This document shows, one piece after another, positions 37,301 through 48,619 of a stretch of 64,000 nucleotides of DNA. Within the stretch, counting starts at the first letter, position 1. The number at the start of each line of letters is the position of its first letter. Source of the DNA: Auanema rhodensis (lineage: Eukaryota > Animalia > Nematoda). Under the pieces are notes generated by a model. It was given only the letters and a program-made list of their open reading frames with translations. It did not search any database and was not told the origin of the DNA. Location: assembly GCA_964057225.1 (NCBI GenBank), contig OZ059900.1, forward strand, positions 12,586,001-12,650,000. Reading direction: 5' to 3'. The translations under genes and the position numbers were made by a program.

Positions 37301-38718
37301 TCGATAATAATTACTAATAGTGAATATTACAGATGGCTAAGTAAGTAAAGAAGACCCAGCCTAACGGGTCTAACGGGACTCGACAAACACATGGTCCCGT
37401 ACCTCCGCGTGATGCGGCACATGACCCTGCGAGGGGGCACTGCCGTGATCCACGTGGAGGGGTTGGGCCGCCTAGTTGAGGCCCTCCGTGAGGAGGTCTC
37501 ACAGGCCTCCACCATTGCCGACCTTCGGGCGCAATTGGAGGAGGCCAAGGCCCTCATCCCCCCCCCCCAAGCCATAGGGGGCGGTACAGCTGAAAAACCC
37601 TCGGGTTCTCTGGGCTCTGCCCAGAGTTTTGCCGAGAGGAAACCAAATTCCCTTTCTTCTTTTCTTTTCCTTTCTTCTTCTTCCCTTTGGTTCCCCTTGT
37701 TTTGCATTTCTCTTCTAAACCTATACCCCAATTTGGTCCCCTCTCCAACTCCCTTACACCTACTATAGGTGCAACGGAACCAGTGCGCTAGCGCTCTAAA
37801 TCAGGATATACCTGGCCTGGCAATCGTGATTACCAGAGACGGACAGATTTACTCGATGACCCTGCCTGAGGAGAAACCGGGACAAATCTGTTCTTACCGA
37901 ACTGAACCTTAGGTTCAATTCAAGACCCGGGATTAGTAATCCAACAACTAACCCAGGTAAAGGCTGTTGGATGATTGGTTAAGATACCCGAGCCCCCGTA
38001 CAGGGCTTGTAAAAGCTATGTATACTATGAGTGAAAGTCTACAAAGCACGTACGTTAAACCAAGCGGGACCCGGCGAGGCGCAAACAGCAAGGGGTCTTC
38101 GGTCGAGGGTGACCGGCCGAGGAGAGGCCAAAAGCCTTCGAGCATGTCTACCCCCATTAGTCAGAGCCGGACTATTTGGCGCGATGAAATCTTAGAAAGT
38201 CGTAGAAAGTTAGGCTGGTTGGAGGTTGGTAAAGATGGAATCGATTGCCGTCAGGATGACTCGCAACGCCTGAGCGACGAAACTGACGAGGTACCAGTAG
38301 AGAGCCATGCCGAATTTACTAACCACGCCCCCAAACAGTTGCTAAAAACATACTTTTGAGGGCGTCAGCTGCTAAAAACATACTTTTGGGGGCGTCAGCT
38401 GTCAAAATCATATTTTCGGCGTCAGCTGTCAAAAATATACTTTTTCTCCCGAGGCAGGCTCTCGAGCCTGCGCATGGATCAAAATGCATGATTTTTTTTT
38501 AAAAATCTTTTTTAAAATTATTTTTTAATGTATTTTTAAATGAATTTTTATTATTTATATATTTGTTAATTGTATTTGTAAATATTTTTAAAATTATTTC
38601 TTTTTTAAATGTATTTTTAATATTTATATATGTTTTAAATATTATTATTTAATTATTTCTTTTTAAATGTATTTTATATATTTTTAAAAGATTATTAAAA
38701 TTATCTCCTTTTAAATGT

Positions 38719-38925
38719 ATTTTTAATATTTATACATTTGAATAAACTTTTTAATATTTATACATTTGAATAAACTTTTTAATATTTATACATTTGAATA
38801 AACTTTTTAATATTTATACATTTGAATAAACTTTTTAATATTTATACATTTGAATAAACTTTTTAATATTTATACATTTGAATAAACTTTTTAATATTTA
38901 TACATTTGAATAAACTTTTTAATAT
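38719..38925. repeat. 28-bp AT-rich minisatellite (7 copies; 10 copies at ~46892-47180)
   Basis: Unit ATTTGAATAAACTTTTTAATATTTATAC. Confidence 0.95.
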
Positions 38926-39180
38926 ATATTGTTTTTGTTTTAATTTATAAAATTTGAATATATATAAAAGCTAATTAATATGTTCACCGTACCTCTTATG
39001 GGTTAATCAATGGAACTCATATTGAAGGTTAATTCGATAAGATATATTTTATATATTTATTTTTTAATTTTATTTGTTTACATTGTTTATAGATTGCGTT
39101 TATTATAGTTTATAATTATTAATTTAACTTTTAAAAAGTTTGTTGTTTATCTAGGCGAACCATTTTGTTCACCGTACCTC

Positions 39181-42100
39181 TTATGGGTAAATCAATGGAA
39201 TAGCCCACCAGGTAAGTAGTTGTTTATTTTGTACGTGGCAGATGTTGTTTCTGTTTGTTGTGAACGTACGTATGATATCATCTTCCAGATTGGTAGTGGC
39301 ATATTGTAGATGAGATTGCGTTTCTTGTTGATGAAGATGTTCATTCCATTTTTGGACGATATCGTTCTTAGCTTTAAGGTAGTCTACGTGAGCTTTCTTA
39401 CCAATATGTGATGATATTTCTTCAGGTGTGCTGCGAGTGGTAGTGATAGATCTTTTTGTAGTTCTTGGAGGCGGTGACTTGGTGAGTGATTCTTTCCTAT
39501 TGTATTCCTGGCTTGAGGTGATTGTGATTGGGTTTGTAGTAATATTGAATGTAGATTGGGGGGTGGAGAATGATTGTGTTGGTCGATGAGTGGTGAATAT
39601 AGTTGTGGTTGTTGTAGGTGTTGTGGTTGTTGTTGATCTGGGTCTAGCAGTAGTAGAAGTAGTAGTAGTAGTAGTGGTAGTAGTAGTAGTAGTTGATGAA
39701 GACGTGGGTATTGTTGGTTTGGGTCTAGTTGTTGTGGATATATGTGTTTTGGGTGTGATTGTCGAAGTAATGACGTTCCTTATGGTTGTAGGCTTAGGGG
39801 TCGTGGTAGTGGTTGTAGTAGTAGTTTGTAGGGGGGTCGAAGTGCTTCTAATTGTGGTTGCAAAAGGTCGTGTTCCGGGAGTACTGATAAGGGGTAGATA
39901 ATGATTATAAAATTTTTCACTATCCTCTTGTGTAATGCTATAATTTGTAGGATTTCTTTTCCGGAAGCCGTAGAATATATCGTCGCCATCGAAGATAACT
40001 GTGTAGTTTGGCAGTTGTAATGGTGGTAAGTTCAGTTCTTTTTCATATTTGATCCATTTCTTCATTTCTGCTTCGTATTCTTCTTTTGAATGTAGCTTCT
40101 TCGGATTATTTATTGCGTTCAGGATAATTTTTGCTTGTGCTAGTTGTTCGTACAGTTCTAAATCGTTTCGTGTCTTGGTGAGTCTTGGTTTTCTTGGTGG
40201 CATGAGTTGATATAAGTATTCTTCTAAAGATGGTGTTGTTTCTCCTGTAGCTAACGTAGTAGGTATTTCCGCAAGTGAGTAAGCAATTTCTTTCGCGATT
40301 TCATAGTAGTCTCCTGTTTTGGTTGGTAGTATCTTCTTAAAATCCTTAATTGTGATCCGTTTGCTAAGTTTATGCGTAAGTTCCTTATACGATAGATTAT
40401 CGATCGCGATTTTTGTTGCTTCTCTTATTTCTGCTTCTCCTAGGGCGTGTAGAATGGCTATGTTGACGTCTTCATATTTGTGCCATATAAGACGATTTTT
40501 GATAACATCAAAATTTATACCTAGGTATTTGAAGATTGCGATATACTTAGGTAACATATTTGTTATGTTATTGAGATTGTAATGGATGTCAAGTCTTTTC
40601 CGTTGAATATAGGTTGTATATAGTAGAATAGTTCCGGTTTTGCTGGCTGAATATCTTAGCGAGGGGTATTGATGAACTGTCAAGAATCCTTTAGGGTATT
40701 CCGTGATTGCGTGTCTTCTTGATCGTCCTAAGCTTGAGGTTGAGTTGAAGGAGATTAGAGTTCCACTATTTGTAGTAAATATATCTTTTTGTAAGCATGA
40801 GGAGGCTTCTTTTTCCGGTGTTTTATTGTTTAGAATAAAAGCACTTTGAATTCCGGGAATCAATATGGTGTCTTCTGATATAAAAACTTCGTGAGAGCCT
40901 AATGAAGTGTACGAGCAACTATGTTTTTCTGATGGTGGGGTCCATATGATGAGAGCGTTGTTGGTTAGGCATTGTCCTTTGTCACTGGTGCATCCGTTGT
41001 CGTTTATGAATATATCTGAGAGTACTGTATTGTCTTGTAGGCTGGTCATGTGTCCTCGTTCAGCTATGAATCTGGTACGTTGTTCGCATTCCTGTTTCCA
41101 TATACCATTAGTAATAGTTGTATGTGGGAATGGAGTTCCATAGAGTCCTGGTGCTTCTCTTTGAAGGTTGGTACCGTTGAATATTCTTTCTTTAATAGCT
41201 GACGAACATTCTTGCAGTGTTGTTGGTGAAACTTTTGCTAGTGAGACATTAGTTTCTCTGATGAAGAAAACGTCGTGAATGCAGAGTTGGTAAGTTTCAA
41301 TTGCACATTTCCATGCTTCCCATTCTTTTGGTTGTAGGTTTTGGATGAACAATTCTGCTGTAGTCTTCTGGATATGGTTATTAGTTGGTGCGATGGATCG
41401 GCAAGCTGTTGGCGATGGCGGCTCAACATATATTCCTCCTCTGTTTCCTGTGCATAACTGGTACGTTGTTTCTGCACTGCATGTATTTATAATGAGTGCG
41501 ATAATTGTGATAAAGAGGGGTAGGAATGGTGTTGATTTTCTTTTGTTGTTCGGTACTTCGTTTTCCGTGACGTTGTTGACTTGAAAACGTACTCCTGGGC
41601 TCTGTGTGCGTTCTCTGTACCGTTCCGGTCCATTGGAGGTGCTGCGCGGGCGACTTCTATAATTGTTGTATTGGCTTCGATTGTATTGAGAGGGGTATTG
41701 TTCGTGATTGTTTGATTGTCGCCGGTTGTTGTGTCCGCTATAGTTTTGGTCGCGGTTTCGATAGTATGGTCTTTCCTGGCTTCTGTTCCGTGATCTGTCG
41801 AAGTAGTTTTGTCTTGATCCCTTATTTTGAGAGAATCGTGAGTTATGGTTCCTGTATTGGTGTTGATGAGGCCGATATTGGTTGTTGTATCTGTCCGGAT
41901 ATCGGTTGTGTGGTTTGCCATTGCCATTATACATCGGTTTGGTTCCTTTGAACTCCTTAGATTCGTTTCTCTGGTATTGATTGTTGTCCTTTGAGTCTCG
42001 AATGTTGAGGTTGTTGAACGACTTCTCCATATTGTTGACGAACGATGGTGGTCTATTTTGTATAAAGAGTTCTTCTCGTAAGGCCATTTCGTAAGCTTCC

Positions 42101-43239
42101 TCAAAGTTTGGTGGGTCTAGACGGCTAACGTGTTCGCTTATTTCGGGTCTTAGTCCCCAGGTGAAGGTGGATCGGAGCATGTTAAGCTCACTTTCGTTGT
42201 TCATGTCCATAGCCGAGTAGGCTTCGTTAGAACATCTTGTTGCAAAGCTTTGTACCGATTCCGTTGGTAACTGTTTCAAGCCATGTAGGCGGTGCATTGC
42301 TCGTTCTCTCTGTTTTTTCGGTGTGATCATTTCTGAGAGTCGCTTCTTGACATGGTCCCATCCGAGTCGCTTATCTTCGGTTGTGAGTTTTCTGTACGCT
42401 TCTCTTGCTCGATCATCTTCTAGCAATAATTGTATGCTTTGAAGACGTTCGGGCATAGTTGTTCTTGTAGCGTTGAAGTGTTCATCTAGGTATAGTAGAT
42501 AGCGGTTGAATGGTGTTTTTCCATCGTAGCGTGGAGCTTTTATATCGCGTATGGCGGACGGAATCGCTGCTGGTTGAGGGATGATTGTAGGTGTTGGAAC
42601 AGGTGCCCTTCCCGAGGTTTGCGTAAGTGGTGCGCCTTCGTCCATTGGGTCCATTCTTGGGTTAATTCTCTTGTTTTCTGCAACAAAAGTATTTGCTTGA
42701 TTAGTTTGCGATGGAAGAGACGGAGATAGAGAATGCCCGGATGTAGAATGATCAATGGATGAAGGTGAGTTTCGTAGAGGTGGGGATGAGCTTACTGCGG
42801 GTGTGGTTGAAGAAAGTGCGGGCGTAGGTGATTTTTGTGTGGTTGGTGTATTGCTTCTTCTAGGGGTGGCTATTAAAGGATTGATTGGGTTGATTGTATT
42901 TGGTATGGTGTTGGTTGGGGGGTTTTGAGGGTTCCCTTTGCTTGCTATGTTTTTAGGAATAGGTTTAATGTTTGGGATAATTTTCTTTTCTAAGGTGTTT
43001 CTTTCGACTATGTCTGTTTTTTGTTTCTTCGTTTTTTCATGTGATTTGGGATTGGTGAATTGTTTTTGAATGCCGCGATGTCTTGGGGTATGTATTACCA
43101 TTGACTTTGTTTTAATGCTTAACTTCGCTTGTTTTGCAGAGGGGGGAGAATATGTTGCGGGCGGTTGTCTTTTTCTTCTTATAATATTTGAAGTGGCAGC
43201 AGGGTCCAGCGGAGGTTTTGGACCAGTATTGGGCAGCAT
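39181..43239 (-). CDS. Retrotransposon Gag fused in frame to a class III (gB / rhabdovirus-G-like) glycoprotein with a Thr-rich insert; C-terminus truncated
   Basis: Gag PRYDG...W...LKQLPTESVQSF...F.WGLRPEI; internal signal FLPLFITIIALIINTCSA; Cys pattern like VSV-G; LQ-x21-C-xx-QN-xx-L-xx-W like the gB core helix; RSRR site. Likely ATG at 43239 after a TTACAG acceptor. Confidence 0.8.
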   Translation of the reverse strand: MLPNTGPKPPLDPAATSNIIRRKRQPPATYSPPSAKQAKLSIKTKSMVIHTPRHRGIQKQFTNPKSHEKTKKQKTDIVERNTLEKKIIPNIKPIPKNIASKGNPQNPPTNTIPNTINPINPLIATPRRSNTPTTQKSPTPALSSTTPAVSSSPPLRNSPSSIDHSTSGHSLSPSLPSQTNQANTFVAENKRINPRMDPMDEGAPLTQTSGRAPVPTPTIIPQPAAIPSAIRDIKAPRYDGKTPFNRYLLYLDEHFNATRTTMPERLQSIQLLLEDDRAREAYRKLTTEDKRLGWDHVKKRLSEMITPKKQRERAMHRLHGLKQLPTESVQSFATRCSNEAYSAMDMNNESELNMLRSTFTWGLRPEISEHVSRLDPPNFEEAYEMALREELFIQNRPPSFVNNMEKSFNNLNIRDSKDNNQYQRNESKEFKGTKPMYNGNGKPHNRYPDRYNNQYRPHQHQYRNHNSRFSQNKGSRQNYFDRSRNRSQERPYYRNRDQNYSGHNNRRQSNNHEQYPSQYNRSQYNNYRSRPRSTSNGPERYRERTQSPGVRFQVNNVTENEVPNNKRKSTPFLPLFITIIALIINTCSAETTYQLCTGNRGGIYVEPPSPTACRSIAPTNNHIQKTTAELFIQNLQPKEWEAWKCAIETYQLCIHDVFFIRETNVSLAKVSPTTLQECSSAIKERIFNGTNLQREAPGLYGTPFPHTTITNGIWKQECEQRTRFIAERGHMTSLQDNTVLSDIFINDNGCTSDKGQCLTNNALIIWTPPSEKHSCSYTSLGSHEVFISEDTILIPGIQSAFILNNKTPEKEASSCLQKDIFTTNSGTLISFNSTSSLGRSRRHAITEYPKGFLTVHQYPSLRYSASKTGTILLYTTYIQRKRLDIHYNLNNITNMLPKYIAIFKYLGINFDVIKNRLIWHKYEDVNIAILHALGEAEIREATKIAIDNLSYKELTHKLSKRITIKDFKKILPTKTGDYYEIAKEIAYSLAEIPTTLATGETTPSLEEYLYQLMPPRKPRLTKTRNDLELYEQLAQAKIILNAINNPKKLHSKEEYEAEMKKWIKYEKELNLPPLQLPNYTVIFDGDDIFYGFRKRNPTNYSITQEDSEKFYNHYLPLISTPGTRPFATTIRSTSTPLQTTTTTTTTTPKPTTIRNVITSTITPKTHISTTTRPKPTIPTSSSTTTTTTTTTTTTSTTARPRSTTTTTPTTTTTIFTTHRPTQSFSTPQSTFNITTNPITITSSQEYNRKESLTKSPPPRTTKRSITTTRSTPEEISSHIGKKAHVDYLKAKNDIVQKWNEHLHQQETQSHLQYATTNLEDDIIRTFTTNRNNICHVQNKQLLTWWAIPLIYP

Positions 43240-44916
43240 CGTTGGTATCCTGTAAGGAAATTTGTTATATCCAACGTGTGCCAAAATAATTTTATATATA
43301 GAAAAACGTAAAGAATAATGTTGGGTTTGTGTGCGCGATTCTTATGAAGGTAGCTAGTCTTGTAAGTAATCTCTTTACCAATATAGCTCGTCCGGGTCTA
43401 ACACAGGTTTGAAACTAGTGTGCCTTTTCGAAGGGACAAGTTCTATATTGTGAAAAAGGCATGAAATGAAAGTTAATAGTTCGCCAGTCTTTTGGGACAA
43501 GGATACAAAAATAGAATTTTCGCAATCATTTCATTTTCCCAGACCTCATTAACCTATCTGAGTCACAGGTATGTCAGCTGCCTTCTGCATCCTGCTCCCT
43601 GACTCTATGATGGCGAGACCACTCTTATTATTTGTATCAATGTGGGGCAGATTTTAATTCAAAAATTCTCTAATTATTTCATGGGGCGTACGTCTTATCC
43701 TGAGTGTCGGCCTCCGCTCGAGTCTCTTGAGTGTCTGGCATTATTCTTAACGAGGGGGGGATGGTTTTTGCGTATGAGTTAAAACTTATTGATTAATTTA
43801 ATTATTTTTCGTTTTTTCAGGTGCTAAGGTAATCAGAATTTGGATACGCTGCGCCTAATAAATATTTTTACTGTCGTGTTTAACACGGGATTTCTTGTTT
43901 ATGAAATTACGGGGGGGGGGGGGGGGGAAGGGGTGGGTTTATGAGAATACAGTGTAGTAGCATAAGAATAATAGTTTTATAAACGAACATAAAGAAAATA
44001 ATGAAAATATGGTATGATAGGATGATTAAGATAGTATGATAAGATGAAGATTCAGATAATATGATAAGATGATTAAGATTGAGAGGTATAGAAGCAATAT
44101 TCTTTTTTATTTCTTAATTCTAAATTAATTTTATAAAGAACTTAACTATTTTTGTTCAAAAATGTGAAAATAAACTTATAATTCTTAGAAAAGTTAATTA
44201 TTGAATTTGAATAATTTTCGTATATAGGATTTTGGATAGAGAGAATGATAAATGATATAAGTACTCTTATGAATAATTGAAAATGATTTATGAGAATATA
44301 ATGAATGGAAAACTGAGTTTTTTGTAAAGAGTTTTTGGATATAATTTTTAATAGAAAAGTTTTAGAGTTTTTAAGAAAATATTATAAGCTAACTTTAAGA
44401 GAGAGATAAGATTTTTAATTGAATAAGAGATGTAGACGGTAGCGCTTGAGTTCCTTTACGAGATCCTGTCCAAAAGGAAGGATCTCGGTGGAACCTCCAC
44501 GTTCCATTTAGATTCTCAATGGTTCCAAGTTGAGAGATCCAAACAGACTATGAGAAGATGAGTATGATTTTAAATATAAGTGTGTAATGTAAGGTGAAAT
44601 AAGAAACAAGAGATCAAATATATAAAGGTTTATTGTTCGCATTATAATATAATTATACAAAGATTTAAGCTAGAGTTAAGAAAGAGAATATAAAGAAGAT
44701 AAAGAGAAAGTAAGATAATAAGATAATGAGATGCCTGAGTCTTGAGGACTCAGGTTTATATATCCATACAACTCCTACTCAGTTTACACAAATTGTTACA
44801 AAGCTTATAAAAAGTGCATCTAGAATATTCTCAGAATTGCTTAAAAACTATCTGCATTAGTTTAATAATAGCATCTGCCATGGTCAGCTGCTTTCCTTTG
44901 AGATATGTATGTAACA
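39201..44916 (-). mobile_element. Ty3/Gypsy-like LTR element, 3'-truncated, Gag-Env ORF
   Basis: Putative 5' LTR 44431-44916 (TGT...ACA with TATATAAA and AATAAA), long leader, Gag capsid fused to a fusogen; cut off at 39200. Confidence 0.72.
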
Positions 44917-47457
44917 ACGATAAAAACAAAACTGAAATGGAACAAAACATAGAAAAAAAGATAAAAAATAATCGCTAACCGCGACAGTGAACCTTTCACT
45001 GGAATGATGGCCTAATGGTATGAGTCTGGATCACAAACCCGAGGCTCACAGGTTCGAGTCCTGCCGGGTGCCGTGGGTTTTATCTTTACCCACGCGAAGT
45101 CTTTTGTCATATATCCCGATTGAACACCTCTCGGAGACCGGAGATAAACATGCAATCACCACGGGAATAGCCTAGTGGTGTAATACCTCCTGAGGCGATT
45201 TACACTCACTGGTTCAATCCCAGCTGGCTGCCTTTGTGGACCGCCATAAGTGGGCTACAACCTGGCGTCTCAGGCCTGTCGAGAACCAGGGAAACCCCCC
45301 CCCTTTTCCTACTTTGTTGTTTTCCCGATTTGAAACTGCTCAACTCGGAGCCTGGTGATTACAACTTAAAGTACAATAATCACCACCGGGATAGCCTAGT
45401 GGTGTGATACCAGGACTAGCAATCCGAGGCAATTCACACTAACTAGATCGACCCCCGGCTGGTTACCATCGATAATAATTACTAATAGTGAATATTACAG
45501 ATGGCTAAGTAAGTAAAGAAGACCCAGCCTAACGGGTCTAACGGGACTCGACAAACACATGGTCCCGTACCTCCGCGTGATGCGGCACATGACCCTGCGA
45601 GGGGGCACTGCCGTGATCCACGTGGAGGGGTTGGGCCGCCTAGTTGAGGCCCTCCGTGAGGAGGTCTCACAGGCCTCCACCATTGCCGACCTTCGGGCGC
45701 AATTGGAGGAGGCCAAGGCCCTCATCCACCCCCCCCCCCCCAAGCCATAGGGGGCGGTACAGCTGAAAAACCCTCGGGTTCTCTGGGCTCTGCCCAGAGT
45801 TTTGCCGAGAGGAAACCAAATTCCCTTTCTTCTTTTCTTTTCCTTTCTTCTTCTTCCCTTTGGTTCCCCTTGTTTTGCATTTCTCTTCTAAACCTATACC
45901 CCAATTTGGTCCCCTCTCCAACTCCCTTACACCTACTATAGGTGCAACGGAACCAGTGCGCTAGCGCTCTAAATCAGGATATACCTGGCCTGGCAATCGT
46001 GATTACCAGAGACGGACAGATTTACTCGATGACCCTGCCTGAGGAGAAACCGGGACAAATCTGTTCTTACCGAACTGAACCTTAGGTTCAATTCAAGACC
46101 CGGGATTAGTAATCCAACAACTAACCCAGGTAAAGGCTGTTGGATGATTGGTTAAGATACCCGAGCCCCCGTACAGGGCTTGTAAAAGCTATGTATACTA
46201 TGAGTGAAAGTCTACAAAGCACGTACGTTAAACCAAGCGGGACCCGGCGAGGCGCAAACAGCAAGGGGTCTTCGGTCGAGGGTGACCGGCCGAGGAGAGG
46301 CCAAAAGCCTTCGAGCATGTCTACCCCCATTAGTCAGAGCCGGACTATTTGGCGCGATGAAATCTTAGAAAGTCGTAGAAAGTTAGGCTGGTTGGAGGTT
46401 GGTAAAGATGGAATCGATTGCCGTCAGGATGACTCGCAACGCCTGAGCGACGAAACTGACGAGGTACCAGTAGAGAGCCATGCCGAATTTACTAACCACG
46501 CCCCCAAACAGTTGCTAAAAACATACTTTTGAGGGCGTCAGCTGCTAAAAACATACTTTTGGGGGCGTCAGCTGTCAAAATCATATTTTCGGCGTCAGCT
46601 GTCAAAAATATACTTTTTCTCCCGAGGCAGGCTCTCGAGCCTGCGCATGGATCAAAATGCATGATTTTTTTTTAAAAATCTTTTTTAAAATTATTTTTTA
46701 ATGTATTTTTAAATGAATTTTTATTATTTATATATTTGTTAATTGTATTTGTAAATATTTTTAAAATTATTTCTTTTTTAAATGTATTTTTAATATTTAT
46801 ATATGTTTTAAATATTATTATTTAATTATTTCTTTTTAAATGTATTTTATATATTTTTAAAAGATTATTAAAATTATCTCCTTTTAAATGTATTTTTAAT
46901 ATTTATACATTTGAATAAACTTTTTAATATTTATACATTTGAATAAACTTTTTAATATTTATACATTTGAATAAACTTTTTAATATTTATACATTTGAAT
47001 AAACTTTTTAATATTTATACATTTGAATAAACTTTTTAATATTTATACATTTGAATAAACTTTTTAATATTTATACATTTGAATAAACTTTTTAATATTT
47101 ATACATTTGAATAAACTTTTTAATATTTATACATTTGAATAAACTTTTTAATATTTATACATTTGAATAAACTTTTTAATATATATTGTTTTTGTTTTAA
47201 TTTATAAAATTTGAATATATATAAAAGCTAATTAATATGTTCACCGTACCTCTTATGGGTTAATCAATGGAACTCATATTGAAGGTTAATTCGATAAGAT
47301 ATATTTTATATATTTATTTTTTAATTTTATTTGTTTACATTGTTTATAGATTGCGTTTATTATAGTTTATAATTATTAATTTAACTTTTAAAAAGTTTGT
47401 TGTTTATCTAGGCGAACCATTTTGTTCACCGTACCTCTTATGGGTAAATCAATGGAA
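44917..47457 (+). repeat. Segmental duplication, copy 2 (tRNA-like units at ~45001-45468)
   Basis: Copy of 36749-39200. Confidence 0.95.
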
Positions 47458-48385
47458 CACATATCGAAAGTTAATTCGATAAGAACGATATGAAATACAA
47501 AAGTTAATGGAACACATATCGAAGGTTAATTCGATAAGAACGATATGAAATACAAAAGTTAATGGAACACATATCGAAAGTTAATTCGATAAGAACGATA
47601 TGAAATACAAAAGTTAATGGAACACATATCGAAGGTTAATTCGATAAGAACGATATGAAATACAAAAGTTAATGGAACACATATCGAAGGTTAATTCGAT
47701 AAGATCGTTAAAACAGGTGCACTGACCCACACAAGAACCACATGGCAAACGTTTTGTTCATTAAAATATGATAAATAGCTGTACACCACATGTACCAAGT
47801 TGTCTAATATTTTCAAATTACATGAAAGAATAGTTTAAAGAAATTTTTTTTTTAATTTTATATTAGTATATTCTAATATACTAACTCAATAAAACACATA
47901 TCGAAGGTTAATTCGATAGGATTCACAAACAATTGTGTTGTTTCCAATGGAACACATATCGAAGATTAATTCGATAAGATCGTTAAAACAGGTGCGCTGA
48001 CCCACACATGTACCACATGGCAAAAGTTTTGTTCATAAAAATATGATAAATAGCTGTACAGCACAAGTACCCATAACGCTAAAGAATACTTACTATGCCA
48101 AGGGGTCATGGGTATATACTTTTTAGTATCAAAAATGTTAATGGAACACATATCGAATATCAATTCGATAAGATTGGTGAAACAGATACGTTGACCTACA
48201 ATGAACCAAATGGCAAAGCACTTGTTCATTAAAGTATAACAAATAGCTGTATAGCATATGCATCAATATTTCTAATATTCTCAAATTACGTGGAAAGAAG
48301 AGTATATAGAAAAAGTTTTAGTGTGTATATTACTAATATTCTAATACCCTAACTCAAAGAACACATATCGAAGATTAATTCGATA
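47451..48385. repeat. 55-bp tandem repeat and dispersed ATCGAA-N6-TTCGAT palindromes
   Basis: AATGGAACACATATCGAA.GTTAATTCGATAAG at 47451, 47506, 47561, 47616, 47671, with further copies to ~48385. Confidence 0.9.
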
Positions 48386-48619
48386 AGATTGTTGAAACCG
48401 GTGCGCTGACCACAACAATACATGCGTATTTATTAACAACGGATTGGCAACTGCCACTGTTGACAGCTGTAATATGATACAATGTTGAGTGTTGGCAACA
48501 TTGTTACGTGACAATAAAACAACTGACTGTTCTTGCAATGAAGTGTAATATAAATGTGTAAAATGAAATATGGATAACTACCTCTCAGAGTTTGCATAAT
48601 TTTATTCTAAAAAGATACA

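Larger units (their letters stand above)
36749..39200 (+). repeat. Segmental duplication, copy 1 (GC-rich block + AT-rich minisatellite)
   Basis: Near-identical to 44917-47457; visible differences are a C-run and the minisatellite copy number. Confidence 0.95.

Noticed and set aside
37967-38359. 130-aa ORF in the duplicated block
   Set aside because: TTG start and no motif; the two copies are identical, so they give no selection signal.
39590-39901. Val-rich ORF on the + strand
   Set aside because: Antisense shadow of the Thr-rich mucin segment.
43530-43930. + strand micro-exon-like splice signals and a G17 run in the Gypsy leader
   Set aside because: No coherent reading frame; homopolymer length unreliable; no independent support.
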